DNA of 27,505 nt, from contig CAIYIP010000441.1 of NCBI GenBank assembly GCA_903926285.1, positions 1-27,505 of the forward strand. Direction: 5' to 3'. The notes below the pieces were generated by a model. It searched no databases. It was given only the letters and a program-made list of their open reading frames with translations, and had not been told where the DNA came from. The position numbers and the translations under genes were made by a program. Shown in pieces: positions 15,448 through 24,930 of the stretch. How positions within the stretch are numbered: position 1 is the first letter of the stretch; the number at the start of each line of letters is the position of its first letter. The stretch is from an uncultured Gammaproteobacteria bacterium. Lineage in GTDB: Bacteria; Pseudomonadota; Gammaproteobacteria; Pseudomonadales; Pseudohongiellaceae.

Positions 15448-16239
15448 TTACTCCACGCCTGTAAACTCCGGATGAGTCCTTCCCTTGACTTCGATCCACA
15501 ACAAATGGCCGCCCCACACATTGGCTAGCAGCATAATCAACACGCCGAGCACGAAACACAGGTTTGCATAAGTACCTGCCGAATCCAGGCTGTTGGACAT
15601 ACTGAGCAGGTTCCACCAGTCATGGCTGTCTTCGTTGCCATTGATCAGCGGCAGTGCGCGCGAGGGTGCGTCAGCGATATACACCGACACATCAATAAAA
15701 TTCTGTCCAACCCACCACAGCATGATCGATGCGGCAAAGTTGTCGCGTTGCCTCACCATGAATGCAAACAGCGGCAACAGCGGCAGCATGATTTGAAAGA
15801 GGCTGCCGCCGAGAAACATCGTGAAGGTGCCGAAGGGGCCGAATATCACGTGGCCGAATTCATGAAACGGCAGGTTGACGAGATGCAGAAAGGAGCCGCC
15901 AACGCTGGTGTAGTTGATTCCGCTGAAAATAAACCGCAGGCCCCAGACCGCGAAAAACAGATACATCACAACATGGGCCCAGAAGCTGCTTTCGTGGCGT
16001 TCGCTTGGCATGAAACACGCGTAGCGGTACAACCACTGCCAGAAGGTTTCCTGGTGTAATTCTGCCAGCCTTTTTTCGACTGCAGTTTCCAGTTCGGCTT
16101 CAGTGGCCGCTATAACGTCATCTGCTGCCTTCCCCGGCGGGCGCCACTTGTTATAGGCAATCCCGCATTTCGGGCACACGCCCTCCATAACTTCGGTATC
16201 GTATTCGGTTTTTTCGTGCTGGCATTTGGGACAGATCAC
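15448..16239 (-). CDS. Zinc-ribbon-containing membrane metalloprotease-like protein (M50/M50B-like)
   Basis: GTG start after AGGA. N-terminal CPKC...CPKC, then TM segments with 'NLPFHEFGH' (HExxH) and 'DSHDW'. Confidence 0.7.
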   Translation of the reverse strand: MICPKCQHEKTEYDTEVMEGVCPKCGIAYNKWRPPGKAADDVIAATEAELETAVEKRLAELHQETFWQWLYRYACFMPSERHESSFWAHVVMYLFFAVWGLRFIFSGINYTSVGGSFLHLVNLPFHEFGHVIFGPFGTFTMFLGGSLFQIMLPLLPLFAFMVRQRDNFAASIMLWWVGQNFIDVSVYIADAPSRALPLINGNEDSHDWWNLLSMSNSLDSAGTYANLCFVLGVLIMLLANVWGGHLLWIEVKGRTHPEFTGVE

Positions 16240-16487
16240 CCTGTTGCTTCCTGGTAATAATCTGGACTGCGGCGAGTGTGAGTTGCTTTGGCTGAGAGTG
16301 CAACGTGGGGTGTAAAGCGAACCATACGAAAGTTTGCACTATCTCCACCTTGCCTCCTTGCTTAGTAGCAGAAAGAGCAGCAGACTTCTTCTGTATCCGG
16401 AAAGAATGCTTATTTGCTGCATCACGCGGATGAAATTCTTTCAGGCTCGTATTCAAACGTTTCGCGTAGTGTGCGCCGGGCAGTTTT

Positions 16488-17633
16488 ATGGACTCCGACT
16501 TTTTCCGCCTTTTCAATGCGCTTCTGGCGTTGCCTTCGGTCAGTTCTGCCAATCCCTTGATCGACATGGGCAACCGCCTGGTTATCGATCATCTCGCCAA
16601 TGTATTCTCCGACTTGGGCTTCAAGGTTGAGGTGCTTACGCTTGCGCATAACCCACACAAGGCCAACCTCATTGCCACACGTGGCATAGGTGACGGGGGG
16701 CTTGTGTTGTCAGGTCATACCGATACTGTGCCTTTTGATGAAAAACTGTGGACGGTTAATCCGCTGCAACTCACGCAGAAAGACGGCAAATTGTTCGGGC
16801 TCGGCAGCACCGACATGAAAGGCTTTTTTGCCGTTGTTCACGCAGCGTTGCAAGTGTTCAAGGATGTCGCTTTCAAGCGCCCCTTGATTATTGTTGCTAC
16901 GGCAGATGAAGAGAGTTCAATGGATGGTGCCCGTGCACTGGTAAATCAGGGCCGGCCCAAGGGACGTTATGCGCTGATCGGCGAACCCACGAGCCTGTGT
17001 CCGGTCAATCGCCACAAGGGTGTGATGATGGAGCGTATGCGGGTGCAGGGCAAAAGTGGCCATTCATCGAACCCCGCGCTTGGCAAAAATGCCCTGGAAG
17101 CCATGCACGATGTTATCGGCGAATTGCTGCGCTTCCGGGCAGAACTGCAACGCGACTACCGCAATCCGCATTTTGCGCTCGATGTGCCAACGCTCAATCT
17201 GGGTGTCATTCATGGCGGCGACAATCCCAACCGCATCTGCGGCCATTGCGAACTCGAATTTGATATCCGCCTGCTGCCGGGCATGGCAAGCGCCAATCTG
17301 CGCGCTGCCATTCGTGAGCGTATTGCACCCATCATCGCGCAGCATCAGGTGGAGTTTACGTTTACCCCGCTGTTTCCAGGCGTGGAAGCCTTTGCCAATG
17401 AAAGTAACGATCTGTTGCGAACTTGCGAGACACTTACGGGGTACTCGGGTCAGAGTGTATCGTACGGTACCGAGGCGCCTTTCCTGCAGCAGCTCGGCAT
17501 GGACACCATAGTGCTCGGCCCCGGCAGCATCGATGTGGCGCATCAGCCGGACGAATACATGGCGCTGAGCCAGGTACAGCCCTGTATCGAGCTGCTGCAA
17601 AAGCTGATCAGGCATTATTGCCTCGCGGGTTAA
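16488..17633 (+). CDS. argE: Acetylornithine deacetylase
   Basis: 'LSGHTDTVP', 'GLGSTDMKG', 'ADEESSMDGA', 'IGEPT', 'GHSSNP', 'YGTEAPF', 'AHQPDEY'. Upstream of argA. Confidence 0.93.
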   Translation: MDSDFFRLFNALLALPSVSSANPLIDMGNRLVIDHLANVFSDLGFKVEVLTLAHNPHKANLIATRGIGDGGLVLSGHTDTVPFDEKLWTVNPLQLTQKDGKLFGLGSTDMKGFFAVVHAALQVFKDVAFKRPLIIVATADEESSMDGARALVNQGRPKGRYALIGEPTSLCPVNRHKGVMMERMRVQGKSGHSSNPALGKNALEAMHDVIGELLRFRAELQRDYRNPHFALDVPTLNLGVIHGGDNPNRICGHCELEFDIRLLPGMASANLRAAIRERIAPIIAQHQVEFTFTPLFPGVEAFANESNDLLRTCETLTGYSGQSVSYGTEAPFLQQLGMDTIVLGPGSIDVAHQPDEYMALSQVQPCIELLQKLIRHYCLAG

Positions 17634-17752
17634 CCAGCAAATTGCTCTCAGATACGCTAGTGAAGTGATACTGAGTTAAGGGCACACCGGAAATTGTTTG
17701 AGCGGGTTGCTGTGCTGAGGGTGTGCAAAGTAAAGTTTAAAAGACGTAGACG

Positions 17753-17940
17753 GGCCAGCGGCGGTATGTATAAGCAGAAGACGCCGTGAATCCCCGCAAG
17801 CGGGTCCAGCCCATCATCGCAGATGATGGGCGTTCAGCTGCGCACAAAGCTGCGCTTTGTAAACGCTTGCTTCACCCTTGTAGGCTTGGCTTTGGCATCC
17901 CTGCCAAAGACACTTCTGCTTATACATACCGCCGCGGGCC
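17753..17940. mobile_element. MITE-like element with 28-bp terminal inverted repeats
   Basis: GGCCAGCGGCGGTATGTATAAGCAGAAG (17753-17780) vs CTTCTGCTTATACATACCGCCGCGGGCC (17913-17940), 1 mismatch. Interior is packed with short hairpins. Confidence 0.7.
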
Positions 17941-17998
17941 TTCGGAGTGCATTTTGATCGCGTAGACAGGAATTTCCTGGAGCTTGCGCAGAGGTCTG
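17911..17998 (+). repeat. 88-bp dispersed repeat, copy B
   Basis: Ungapped match to 10664-10751; its first 30 bp double as the right arm of the MITE-like element. Confidence 0.9.
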
Positions 17999-18148
17999 CA
18001 CGGTTCCGCTCCTAACGCGCATTGAACCTGAATTGCCAGAGGTCGCGCATCAACTGCCTAAACCTAGTAAGCGATGGCGCAATTAATTAACTGTCCGCCC
18101 CAGGATTTTGTCGAGTAAAATGCCGCACCTTCCAAGAATGGTGAAGAC

Positions 18149-19489
18149 ATGGATTTAACCCAGTACGTAAATTGGTTCCGGCACTCCACGCCGTATATCA
18201 ATGCCTACCGTGGCAAGGTGTTTGTGATCCTGTTGCCTGGCGAAGCGCTCAAACACGACAACTTCTGGAACATTGCCCACGACATCACGCTGCTCAACAG
18301 TCTGGGCGTGAAGCTGGTGCTGGTGTATGGCGCGCGGCCGCAAATCAATGACGCGCTCGAAGCCAAGGGCTTGAGTACCAACATGCAGGAAATGATCACG
18401 GCACAATCCCGCAACACCGTCCGCATCACTGATGCCGCCAGTCTTGATGTCATCAAACATGTGATCGGCAAGTTACGTATCGATATCGAAGCGACATTTT
18501 CGATGGGCCTGATCAACTCACCGATGCATGGTGCCGACATCACACTCGCGAGCGGCAATTTCGTGATGGCCAAACCCTTCGGCATCCAGAACGGCATCGA
18601 CTACGGCCTGATGGGTGAAGTGCGTAAGGTTGAAACCGACGCCATTCGCAAACAACTCGACAACGGCAACATCGTGCTGCTGCCGAGCCTCGGTTATTCG
18701 CCCACGGGCGAAGTGTTTAACCTGACTGTCGAAGATGTTGCCTCCAATACCGCGATTGCACTTAAGGCAGACAAACTGCTGATCTACGGCAACGAAGCCG
18801 GCATTCTCGACCAGGATGGTGAGCGCATCAGCAAGCTCAGCGCCGAAGAAGCACTCGCGCTGATCAAACAGAAAATCGAACAGAACGGCATTGATGAAGA
18901 ACTGCGCAACCTTGAAGTCAGCGTCAAGGCCTGCAGCGCCACAGTCAAGCGTTCACAAGTGATTTCGTATGAAGATGATGGCGCGCTGCTGATCGAACTG
19001 TTCACACGAGATGGTATCGGCACGCTGATTACGCAGGAATTATACGAACAGCTGCGGCCAGCAACCATCAAGGACGTGGGCGGTATACTCGAGCTGATCG
19101 AACCGCTTGAGGAAGAGGGCGTGCTTGTGCATCGCTCGCGCGAATTATTGGAAGCGGAAATCGAACAGTTCGTCGTCATCGAACGTGAAGGCATGATCAT
19201 CGCGTGTGGCGCCTTGTATCCGCAAGACAGCCAGAGCGGCGAAGTTGCGTGTATGGCAACCCACCCTGAATATCGCAATCACAACCGCGGCCAGATGATT
19301 CTGGAACAGATCGAGAAAAATGCACGCAAGCTTAGCCTGAGTCGCCTATTCGTGTTGACTACAAAATCACCGCACTGGTTTGTCGAGCGTGGCTTTGTGG
19401 CGAGCTCCGTGGATGAGTTGCCGGAAAAGAAAAAGTCGCTGTACAACTATCAGCGTAATTCGAAAATATTTGTGAAACTGCTTGGGTGA
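18149..19489 (+). CDS. argA: Amino-acid N-acetyltransferase (N-acetylglutamate synthase)
   Basis: 'VNWFRHSTPYINAYRGKVFV', 'LIELFTRDGIGTLI', C-terminal GNAT domain ending 'LYNYQRNSKIFVK'. Confidence 0.96.
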   Translation: MDLTQYVNWFRHSTPYINAYRGKVFVILLPGEALKHDNFWNIAHDITLLNSLGVKLVLVYGARPQINDALEAKGLSTNMQEMITAQSRNTVRITDAASLDVIKHVIGKLRIDIEATFSMGLINSPMHGADITLASGNFVMAKPFGIQNGIDYGLMGEVRKVETDAIRKQLDNGNIVLLPSLGYSPTGEVFNLTVEDVASNTAIALKADKLLIYGNEAGILDQDGERISKLSAEEALALIKQKIEQNGIDEELRNLEVSVKACSATVKRSQVISYEDDGALLIELFTRDGIGTLITQELYEQLRPATIKDVGGILELIEPLEEEGVLVHRSRELLEAEIEQFVVIEREGMIIACGALYPQDSQSGEVACMATHPEYRNHNRGQMILEQIEKNARKLSLSRLFVLTTKSPHWFVERGFVASSVDELPEKKKSLYNYQRNSKIFVKLLG

Positions 19490-19530
19490 TCTGTTCGCAG
19501 TGATTGAAGCAGGAAGAATTATGCTGGCTG

Positions 19531-19664
19531 GACTGGCGCTTACTAAAGGCCTTGTCCATGAAGATTCCGGGGACCGCGCAAGTACGTCCCTGTAGCTTCC
19601 GTTCGCATCCATGCGAACGATTCCCCTGCACTTTCATGGACAAGGCCTTTAGTAAGCGCCAGTC
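19531..19664. repeat. Long REP-like palindrome with 32-bp perfect arms
   Basis: GACTGGCGCTTACTAAAGGCCTTGTCCATGAA (19531-19562) and its exact reverse complement (19633-19664). Inner hairpin CGTTCGCAT-CC-ATGCGAACG. Confidence 0.9.
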
Positions 19665-19724
19665 AGTATGGTGCCAAGCAAATCTTTATAACTGCTGGTC
19701 TATATCCGGCACCGAGGAAACACC

Positions 19725-21566
19725 ATGCCAAAATACCGTTCGCATACCACCACCCAGGGTCGTAACCAGGCAGGCGCGCGTGCGCTCTGGCGCGCCACTG
19801 GTATGAAAGATGGCGACTTCAACAAGCCCATCATTGCCGTCTCCAATTCCTTTACCCAATTTGTGCCCGGCCATGTGCATCTGAAAGATCTTGGCCAGCT
19901 CGTGGCGCGTGAAATTGAACGTGCCGGTGGCGTGGCGAAGGAATTCAATACCATCGCTGTCGACGACGGCATTGCTATGGGCCACGATGGCATGTTGTAC
20001 AGCTTGCCCTCTAGCGAGATCATCGCGGACTCTGTCGAATACATGGTTAATGCACATTGCGCAGATGCAATCGTGTGTATTTCCAACTGCGACAAGATCA
20101 CGCCCGGCATGCTGATGGCTGCCCTACGCTTGAACGTGCCAGTGGTATTTGTTTCAGGCGGCCCGATGGAAGCAGGCAAAACCAAACTTGCGCCACAACC
20201 GATCAAGCTCGATCTTGTTGATGCAATGGTTGCCGGATTTGACGACAAGTTCACTGATGAGCAGGTTGATGACTACGAGCGTTCAGCCTGTCCTACCTGC
20301 GGATCGTGTTCCGGCATGTTCACGGCCAACTCGATGAACTGCCTGACCGAAGCACTGGGTTTGTCGTTGCCCGGCAATGGTTCATTGCTTGCAACACACT
20401 CCGATCGTGAACAACTGTTCCTGCAAGCTGGTCGAACCATCGTCGAGCTCTGCAAGCGCTACTACGAACAAGACGACTATTCGGTGCTGCCGCGCTCCAT
20501 CGCCAATTTCAAGGCCTTTGAAAATGCCATGACACTCGACATCGCGATGGGTGGTTCCACCAATACCATCCTGCATCTGCTCGCTGCTGCGCAGGAAGCC
20601 GAGCTGGATTTCAACCAGCAAGACATTGATCGCCTGTCACGCAAGGTGCCGCAGCTGTGTAAGGTGGCGCCATCAACTCCGCTGTATCACATGGAAGATG
20701 TGCATCGAGCCGGTGGCGTGATGGGTATTCTCGGTGCACTTGAGCGAGGCGGCCTGCTGCATACCGATGTAAGCACCGTTCACAGTCCGACAATGAAAGA
20801 TGCATTGCAAAAATGGGATATCAAGCGCACCAGTGATACGAGTGTGCAGGAATTTTTCCGCGCTGGTCCGGCCGGAATTCCAACCCAGACAGCCTTCAGC
20901 CAGTCCACACGCTGGGACACACTTGATGCCGACCGTGAAAAAGGCTGTATCCGCGACGTGCCTTTTGCCTATAGCCAGGAAGGTGGACTCGCGGTGCTCT
21001 TTGGCAACATCGCCGAAGATGGCTGCATCGTCAAAACCGCGGGCGTCGATGAAAGCATCTTCAAATTCTCCGGCCCCGCACGTGTTTTCGAAAGCCAGGA
21101 CAGCACAGTGAAGGCGATCCTCGCCGATCAGATCAAACCGGGCGACGTCGTGATAATCCGTTATGAAGGTCCGCGTGGCGGCCCAGGCATGCAGGAAATG
21201 TTGTATCCAACGTCTTATCTCAAATCCAAGGGCCTTGGTAAAGTCTGCGCATTGCTGACTGACGGGCGTTTTTCCGGCGGCACTTCCGGCTTGTCTATTG
21301 GCCATGCTTCACCCGAAGCGGCAGAAGGCGGCGCAATCGGCCTCGTTCAGGAAGGTGACATCATCGAGATCGACATTCCAAATCGAACGATAAACATGGC
21401 TGTCAGTGACGAAGAGCTTGAAATACGTCGCACAGCAATGGATCGCAAAGGTGGCCATGCCTGGAAACCCGTCGAGCAGCGCGAGCGCAAAGTATCGAAA
21501 GCATTGCGTGCGTACGCTTCGATGGCAACCAGTGCCGACAAGGGCGCGGTAAGAAAAGTCGATTAA
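19725..21566 (+). CDS. ilvD: Dihydroxy-acid dehydratase
   Basis: '[26 protein letters not shown]', 'CDKITPG', '[19 protein letters not shown]', 'TDGRFSGG'. Confidence 0.97.
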   Translation: MPKYRSHTTTQGRNQAGARALWRATGMKDGDFNKPIIAVSNSFTQFVPGHVHLKDLGQLVAREIERAGGVAKEFNTIAVDDGIAMGHDGMLYSLPSSEIIADSVEYMVNAHCADAIVCISNCDKITPGMLMAALRLNVPVVFVSGGPMEAGKTKLAPQPIKLDLVDAMVAGFDDKFTDEQVDDYERSACPTCGSCSGMFTANSMNCLTEALGLSLPGNGSLLATHSDREQLFLQAGRTIVELCKRYYEQDDYSVLPRSIANFKAFENAMTLDIAMGGSTNTILHLLAAAQEAELDFNQQDIDRLSRKVPQLCKVAPSTPLYHMEDVHRAGGVMGILGALERGGLLHTDVSTVHSPTMKDALQKWDIKRTSDTSVQEFFRAGPAGIPTQTAFSQSTRWDTLDADREKGCIRDVPFAYSQEGGLAVLFGNIAEDGCIVKTAGVDESIFKFSGPARVFESQDSTVKAILADQIKPGDVVIIRYEGPRGGPGMQEMLYPTSYLKSKGLGKVCALLTDGRFSGGTSGLSIGHASPEAAEGGAIGLVQEGDIIEIDIPNRTINMAVSDEELEIRRTAMDRKGGHAWKPVEQRERKVSKALRAYASMATSADKGAVRKVD

Positions 21567-21576
21567 AAGACGCTGG

Positions 21577-21620
21577 GCCGCACCTGAGGTCGATGCGTCT
21601 GTGCTCGACCAGACTGCGGC
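21577..21620. other. Interrupted hairpin just downstream of ilvD (possible terminator or RNA-stabilising stem)
   Basis: GCCGCA...GGTCGA / TCGACC...TGCGGC nested arms; no clear U tract. Confidence 0.35.
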
Positions 21621-21796
21621 TTATCATTCACAATACAACCCCTCGCGAATAGGTTTCGCTTCTGCAAACAAACTAGCATCAATTTGATTTACCGCAATTC
21701 GCGTGCAGGTGAGGCGCGATACTGTTTCGCCCCATTTTGCCTGATTTATAAATTCCTCGAGTCACTATTGTTGCTCAATCTGAAAAGGACCGTGTC

Positions 21797-22072
21797 ATGG
21801 AACATCGCATCGGAGAACGCAAAAAGGCCATTTTATGTGTGTCGGTGAGCCAGGGTGGCAGGTTCCTGGGCGGGTTCACTACCCGTGATATCTGTCCGGG
21901 CGGAGTATCGGTGTACGGCGAAGTGGTAGATCTGGACGACAGCAGTATTGTCAACGTTATGTTCGAGTCCGGGCAACCTAGTGCAGATGGCAAGCTGAGT
22001 TTAAAGGCTTTCGTAGTGCATCAGGATGATGGCTGCATTGGTCTGATGTGGATCGAAAACATGCTGAAATAA
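21797..22072 (+). CDS. Small single-domain PilZ-like protein
   Basis: AAGGA RBS. 'EHRIGER' (RxxxR) and 'RDICPGGV' (DxSxxG variant). Ends in the PilZ-typical 'VVHQDDGCIGLMW'. Confidence 0.7.
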   Translation: MEHRIGERKKAILCVSVSQGGRFLGGFTTRDICPGGVSVYGEVVDLDDSSIVNVMFESGQPSADGKLSLKAFVVHQDDGCIGLMWIENMLK

Positions 22073-22159
22073 ATTTTCCAAGCGCAAGCGGATTTTCTGG
22101 CCACGGACACGCCAGCGTTAGTTATTAAATCACTTTGAAAATTCCAGGGAGGGTCTATT

Positions 22160-22999
22160 GTGAACGGAATAGTACAGAATGTAGTTGCCATAAACCGCGA
22201 TCATCATGAAAGAGCCAGTCATTGTCGTCATTGCCAGAGCTGCATGAAAAAACCTGTGTGTCCTGCCTACGAGCTGGTCTCTGGCCAGCAGCTGGATGGC
22301 GAATCCGGCATGCTGCAAAAAACGATTCAGCCTGGTCAGTCCGTGTTCCGCGCGAGTGATAAGTTTGATGGCATCTACATGGTCAGATCAGGATTCTTCA
22401 AATCTTTTTTCATTGATGCTGATGGTGTAATGCAGGTGACCGGCTTTCATTTTCCCGGGGAAATATTCGGCATAGACGGGATCGAAACTGGCTTCTACAA
22501 CGATAGCGTCGAAGCGCTGGATACAGGCAGCATATGCAAAATTCCGTTGTCGCTGTTTACGGGTTCTCCAGCCAGGAAAAGCAGCATTGGCTCGGACAAT
22601 CTTCTGAATCTCAGCGAATACAACATGAATGGCATCAGCAGGATGGTGCCTCTCATGAAGATCATGAGTCGTACTATTTCACGTGACCGCAACATGATCT
22701 TTGCGCTGGGCAAATTGTGTGCAAAACGCCGACTCGGTACTTTTCTTCTGGATATCTCGGCGCGTATGGCGCAGAGCGGTTACGATGCCAACCAATTACA
22801 CCTGTTTATGAGCCGCACGGATATTTCCAACTATCTCTGCCTTGCACTCGAAACGATTAGTCGACTCTTTGCCCAGTTGCACGCTGAAAATATCATCAGT
22901 GTCGACAGGCGCGACATCAAAATTCTGAATATGCCGGCCCTGCAGGCTTTGGTGCGTGATGATGCGACCAGCGAGTCTGCGCTTGCCCAAACCGCTTGA
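22160..22999 (+). CDS. Second Fnr-like Crp/Fnr regulator with N-terminal Cys cluster
   Basis: GTG after GGAGG. '[13 protein letters not shown]', '[15 protein letters not shown]', 'GSICKIP', HTH '[21 protein letters not shown]'. Confidence 0.88.
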   Translation: MNGIVQNVVAINRDHHERASHCRHCQSCMKKPVCPAYELVSGQQLDGESGMLQKTIQPGQSVFRASDKFDGIYMVRSGFFKSFFIDADGVMQVTGFHFPGEIFGIDGIETGFYNDSVEALDTGSICKIPLSLFTGSPARKSSIGSDNLLNLSEYNMNGISRMVPLMKIMSRTISRDRNMIFALGKLCAKRRLGTFLLDISARMAQSGYDANQLHLFMSRTDISNYLCLALETISRLFAQLHAENIISVDRRDIKILNMPALQALVRDDATSESALAQTA

Positions 23000-23044
23000 T
23001 GGTTGCTGCTTGATATTTGCAGCTCTGGCTGCCAACGGACTGCC

Positions 23045-24388
23045 ATGTATACGGATCGTTTTGCCACTCGCCTGTCGCGCAATACCCTCGCCCTGATCCT
23101 GGCGGGAGGCCGCGGTACACGCCTGGAGGAGCTTACGCAGTGGCGCGCCAAGCCCGCAGTGCATTTTGGTGGCAAGTTCAGGATCATTGATTTTCCGCTT
23201 TCCAACTGTGTCAACTCCGGCATCCGTCGGGTTGGTATCCTGACCCAATACAAGGCACATTCCCTGATTCGCCATATCCAGCAAGGCTGGGGCTATTTTC
23301 GCGGCGAATTCGGCGAATTTGTGGAATTGCTGCCCGCACAGCAGCGTATAGAAAGTTCGTGGTACAGCGGCACGGCTGATGCGGTATACCAGAACCTGGA
23401 CATCATCCGCAGTCATCATCCGGAATACGTGCTGATCCTCTGCGGCGACCATGTCTACAAGATGGATTACGGCCCGATGCTCGCAAGCCATGTGGAGCGG
23501 CAGGCTGACCTCACCATAGGCTGCGTTGAAGTGCCTCTTGCTGAGGCAAGTGCTTTTGGTGTCATGAAAGTATCGCCTTCCAACAGCATTCAGGCATTCC
23601 ATGAAAAGCCGGAATACCCACAAGCCATTCCTGGCAAACCGGGCATGGCACTGGCTTCCATGGGCATTTACATATTCAAAACGTCATTTCTGATCGAGCA
23701 ACTGCTGCGCGACGCGCATTTGGGTGAATGTTCCAGCCATGACTTCGGCAAGGACATCATCCCGGGCCTGATAGGCAAATACCCTGTATATGCCTATCCC
23801 TTCAGTTCAGGCAATTCCACGACGCAGGCCTATTGGCGCGACGTTGGGACACTCGACAGCTACTGGCAGGCGAACATGGAGTTGATAGGGGTTACGCCTG
23901 AACTCAATCTGTACGACAAGGAATGGCCGATCTGGACTTCACAGGAACAGGTGCCACCCAGCAAGTTTGTGTTCGATGAAGAAGGGCGCAGGGGGGTGGC
24001 GATTGATTCCATGGTTTCGGGTGGTTCAATCATTGCAGGCGCTACCATCAGGCACTCATTGTTATTCAACAGTGTGATGGTGAATGACTGCAGTCTTGTG
24101 GAGGATTCGATAATCCTGCCGGATGTCATCATTGGCAAGCACTGCCGTATACGCAAAGCCATCATAGACAAGGAAACTGTTATTCCGGACAACACCGAAA
24201 TAGGTTACGACCCTGTGGAAGACGCTCGTCGCTTTCGTATAAGTCCCGGCGGCGTAATACTGGTTACGCCTGACATGCTCGGCCAGATGCTGCATTATCA
24301 ACAACCAGAACGTTCTTTGGAGGAGCGATCCTCACATCTGCATCATGTGGCGGGGCCGGAACCGGAAATCCATAACAAGGTCCCCTAG
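23045..24388 (+). CDS. glgC: Glucose-1-phosphate adenylyltransferase (ADP-glucose pyrophosphorylase)
   Basis: '[11 protein letters not shown]', '[17 protein letters not shown]', '[12 protein letters not shown]', 'FHEKP', 'YWRDVGT'. ATG 23045 chosen over TTG 23003. Confidence 0.95.
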   Translation: MYTDRFATRLSRNTLALILAGGRGTRLEELTQWRAKPAVHFGGKFRIIDFPLSNCVNSGIRRVGILTQYKAHSLIRHIQQGWGYFRGEFGEFVELLPAQQRIESSWYSGTADAVYQNLDIIRSHHPEYVLILCGDHVYKMDYGPMLASHVERQADLTIGCVEVPLAEASAFGVMKVSPSNSIQAFHEKPEYPQAIPGKPGMALASMGIYIFKTSFLIEQLLRDAHLGECSSHDFGKDIIPGLIGKYPVYAYPFSSGNSTTQAYWRDVGTLDSYWQANMELIGVTPELNLYDKEWPIWTSQEQVPPSKFVFDEEGRRGVAIDSMVSGGSIIAGATIRHSLLFNSVMVNDCSLVEDSIILPDVIIGKHCRIRKAIIDKETVIPDNTEIGYDPVEDARRFRISPGGVILVTPDMLGQMLHYQQPERSLEERSSHLHHVAGPEPEIHNKVP

Positions 24389-24794
24389 ACCAGCCTTCCT
24401 TCCACATATTTGTGCCTCGCAGCAATTGCAGCGCATTGCTCTACAGCAAAAAACGGGCAGGCAATGGTTACGTTTTACAAGGAGATCATGGGTTTTCTGC
24501 AGATGTTTCGGAAAGACGACTGGTTGATTGAACTCGGGATCACTGACGGTTGCCACCTCAGCATGGCGTGCGCCTTATTTCTTCGTTCACTGTCCCGAAG
24601 GCAGTAGATCAAACTGTGGAATAACACGGCAGACTGACAAGCACAAAAGTCGTGATTTTGCATAAAAATTGTTGCCTGTAATTGAAGCGCCAGGACGGAC
24701 AATTTCCCCACATTTCCAGGTGTGATGTTCCAAGCATTCTCATGACCAACCCGCTATAATCCCGGTCTTTCTGCCAAACCCAGCTATAATCATT

Positions 24795-24908
24795 ATGAAA
24801 ACCCTAGTCGTGCTTGTGTTGTGTTGTATTACCCTGTCCAGCTGTGGTCAGAAAGGCCCCCTGGTACCGCCACCTGCAGTGCAGGCCGTCAGTGCTGCAG
24901 GCAGATAA
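24795..24908 (+). CDS. lptM: LptM/YifL (LppL)-family small lipoprotein, 37 aa
   Basis: Translated by hand: MKTLVVLVLCCITLSSCGQKGPLVPPPAVQAVSAAGR. Lipobox LSSC followed by GQKGPL; in the conserved position just before lysA. Absent from the ORF track because of its size. Confidence 0.9.
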   Translation: MKTLVVLVLCCITLSSCGQKGPLVPPPAVQAVSAAGR

Positions 24909-24930
24909 AAAAACAGAAACTGAGTCAGCC

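Noticed and set aside
3653-16380. GTAGCAGAAAG(C/A)GCAG at 3653-3668 and 16365-16380
   Set aside because: A 15-of-16 match with no flanking similarity; one copy is inside the Tat remnant. Not distinguishable from chance.
16240-16487. ARG-box or leader peptide upstream of argE, and the 140-aa antisense ORF 16151-16573
   Set aside because: No adequate match to an ArgR palindrome, no Arg-codon-rich leader, and the ORF overlaps real genes with no recognisable motif.
10664-19664. CRISPR interpretation of the 28-32-bp repeats
   Set aside because: The repeats are inverted pairs or dispersed kilobases apart, not regularly spaced direct repeats, and no cas genes are present.
24814-24930. N-terminal extension of lysA in the ORF track
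   Set aside because: This stretch encodes lptM in another frame; lysA starts at 24931.
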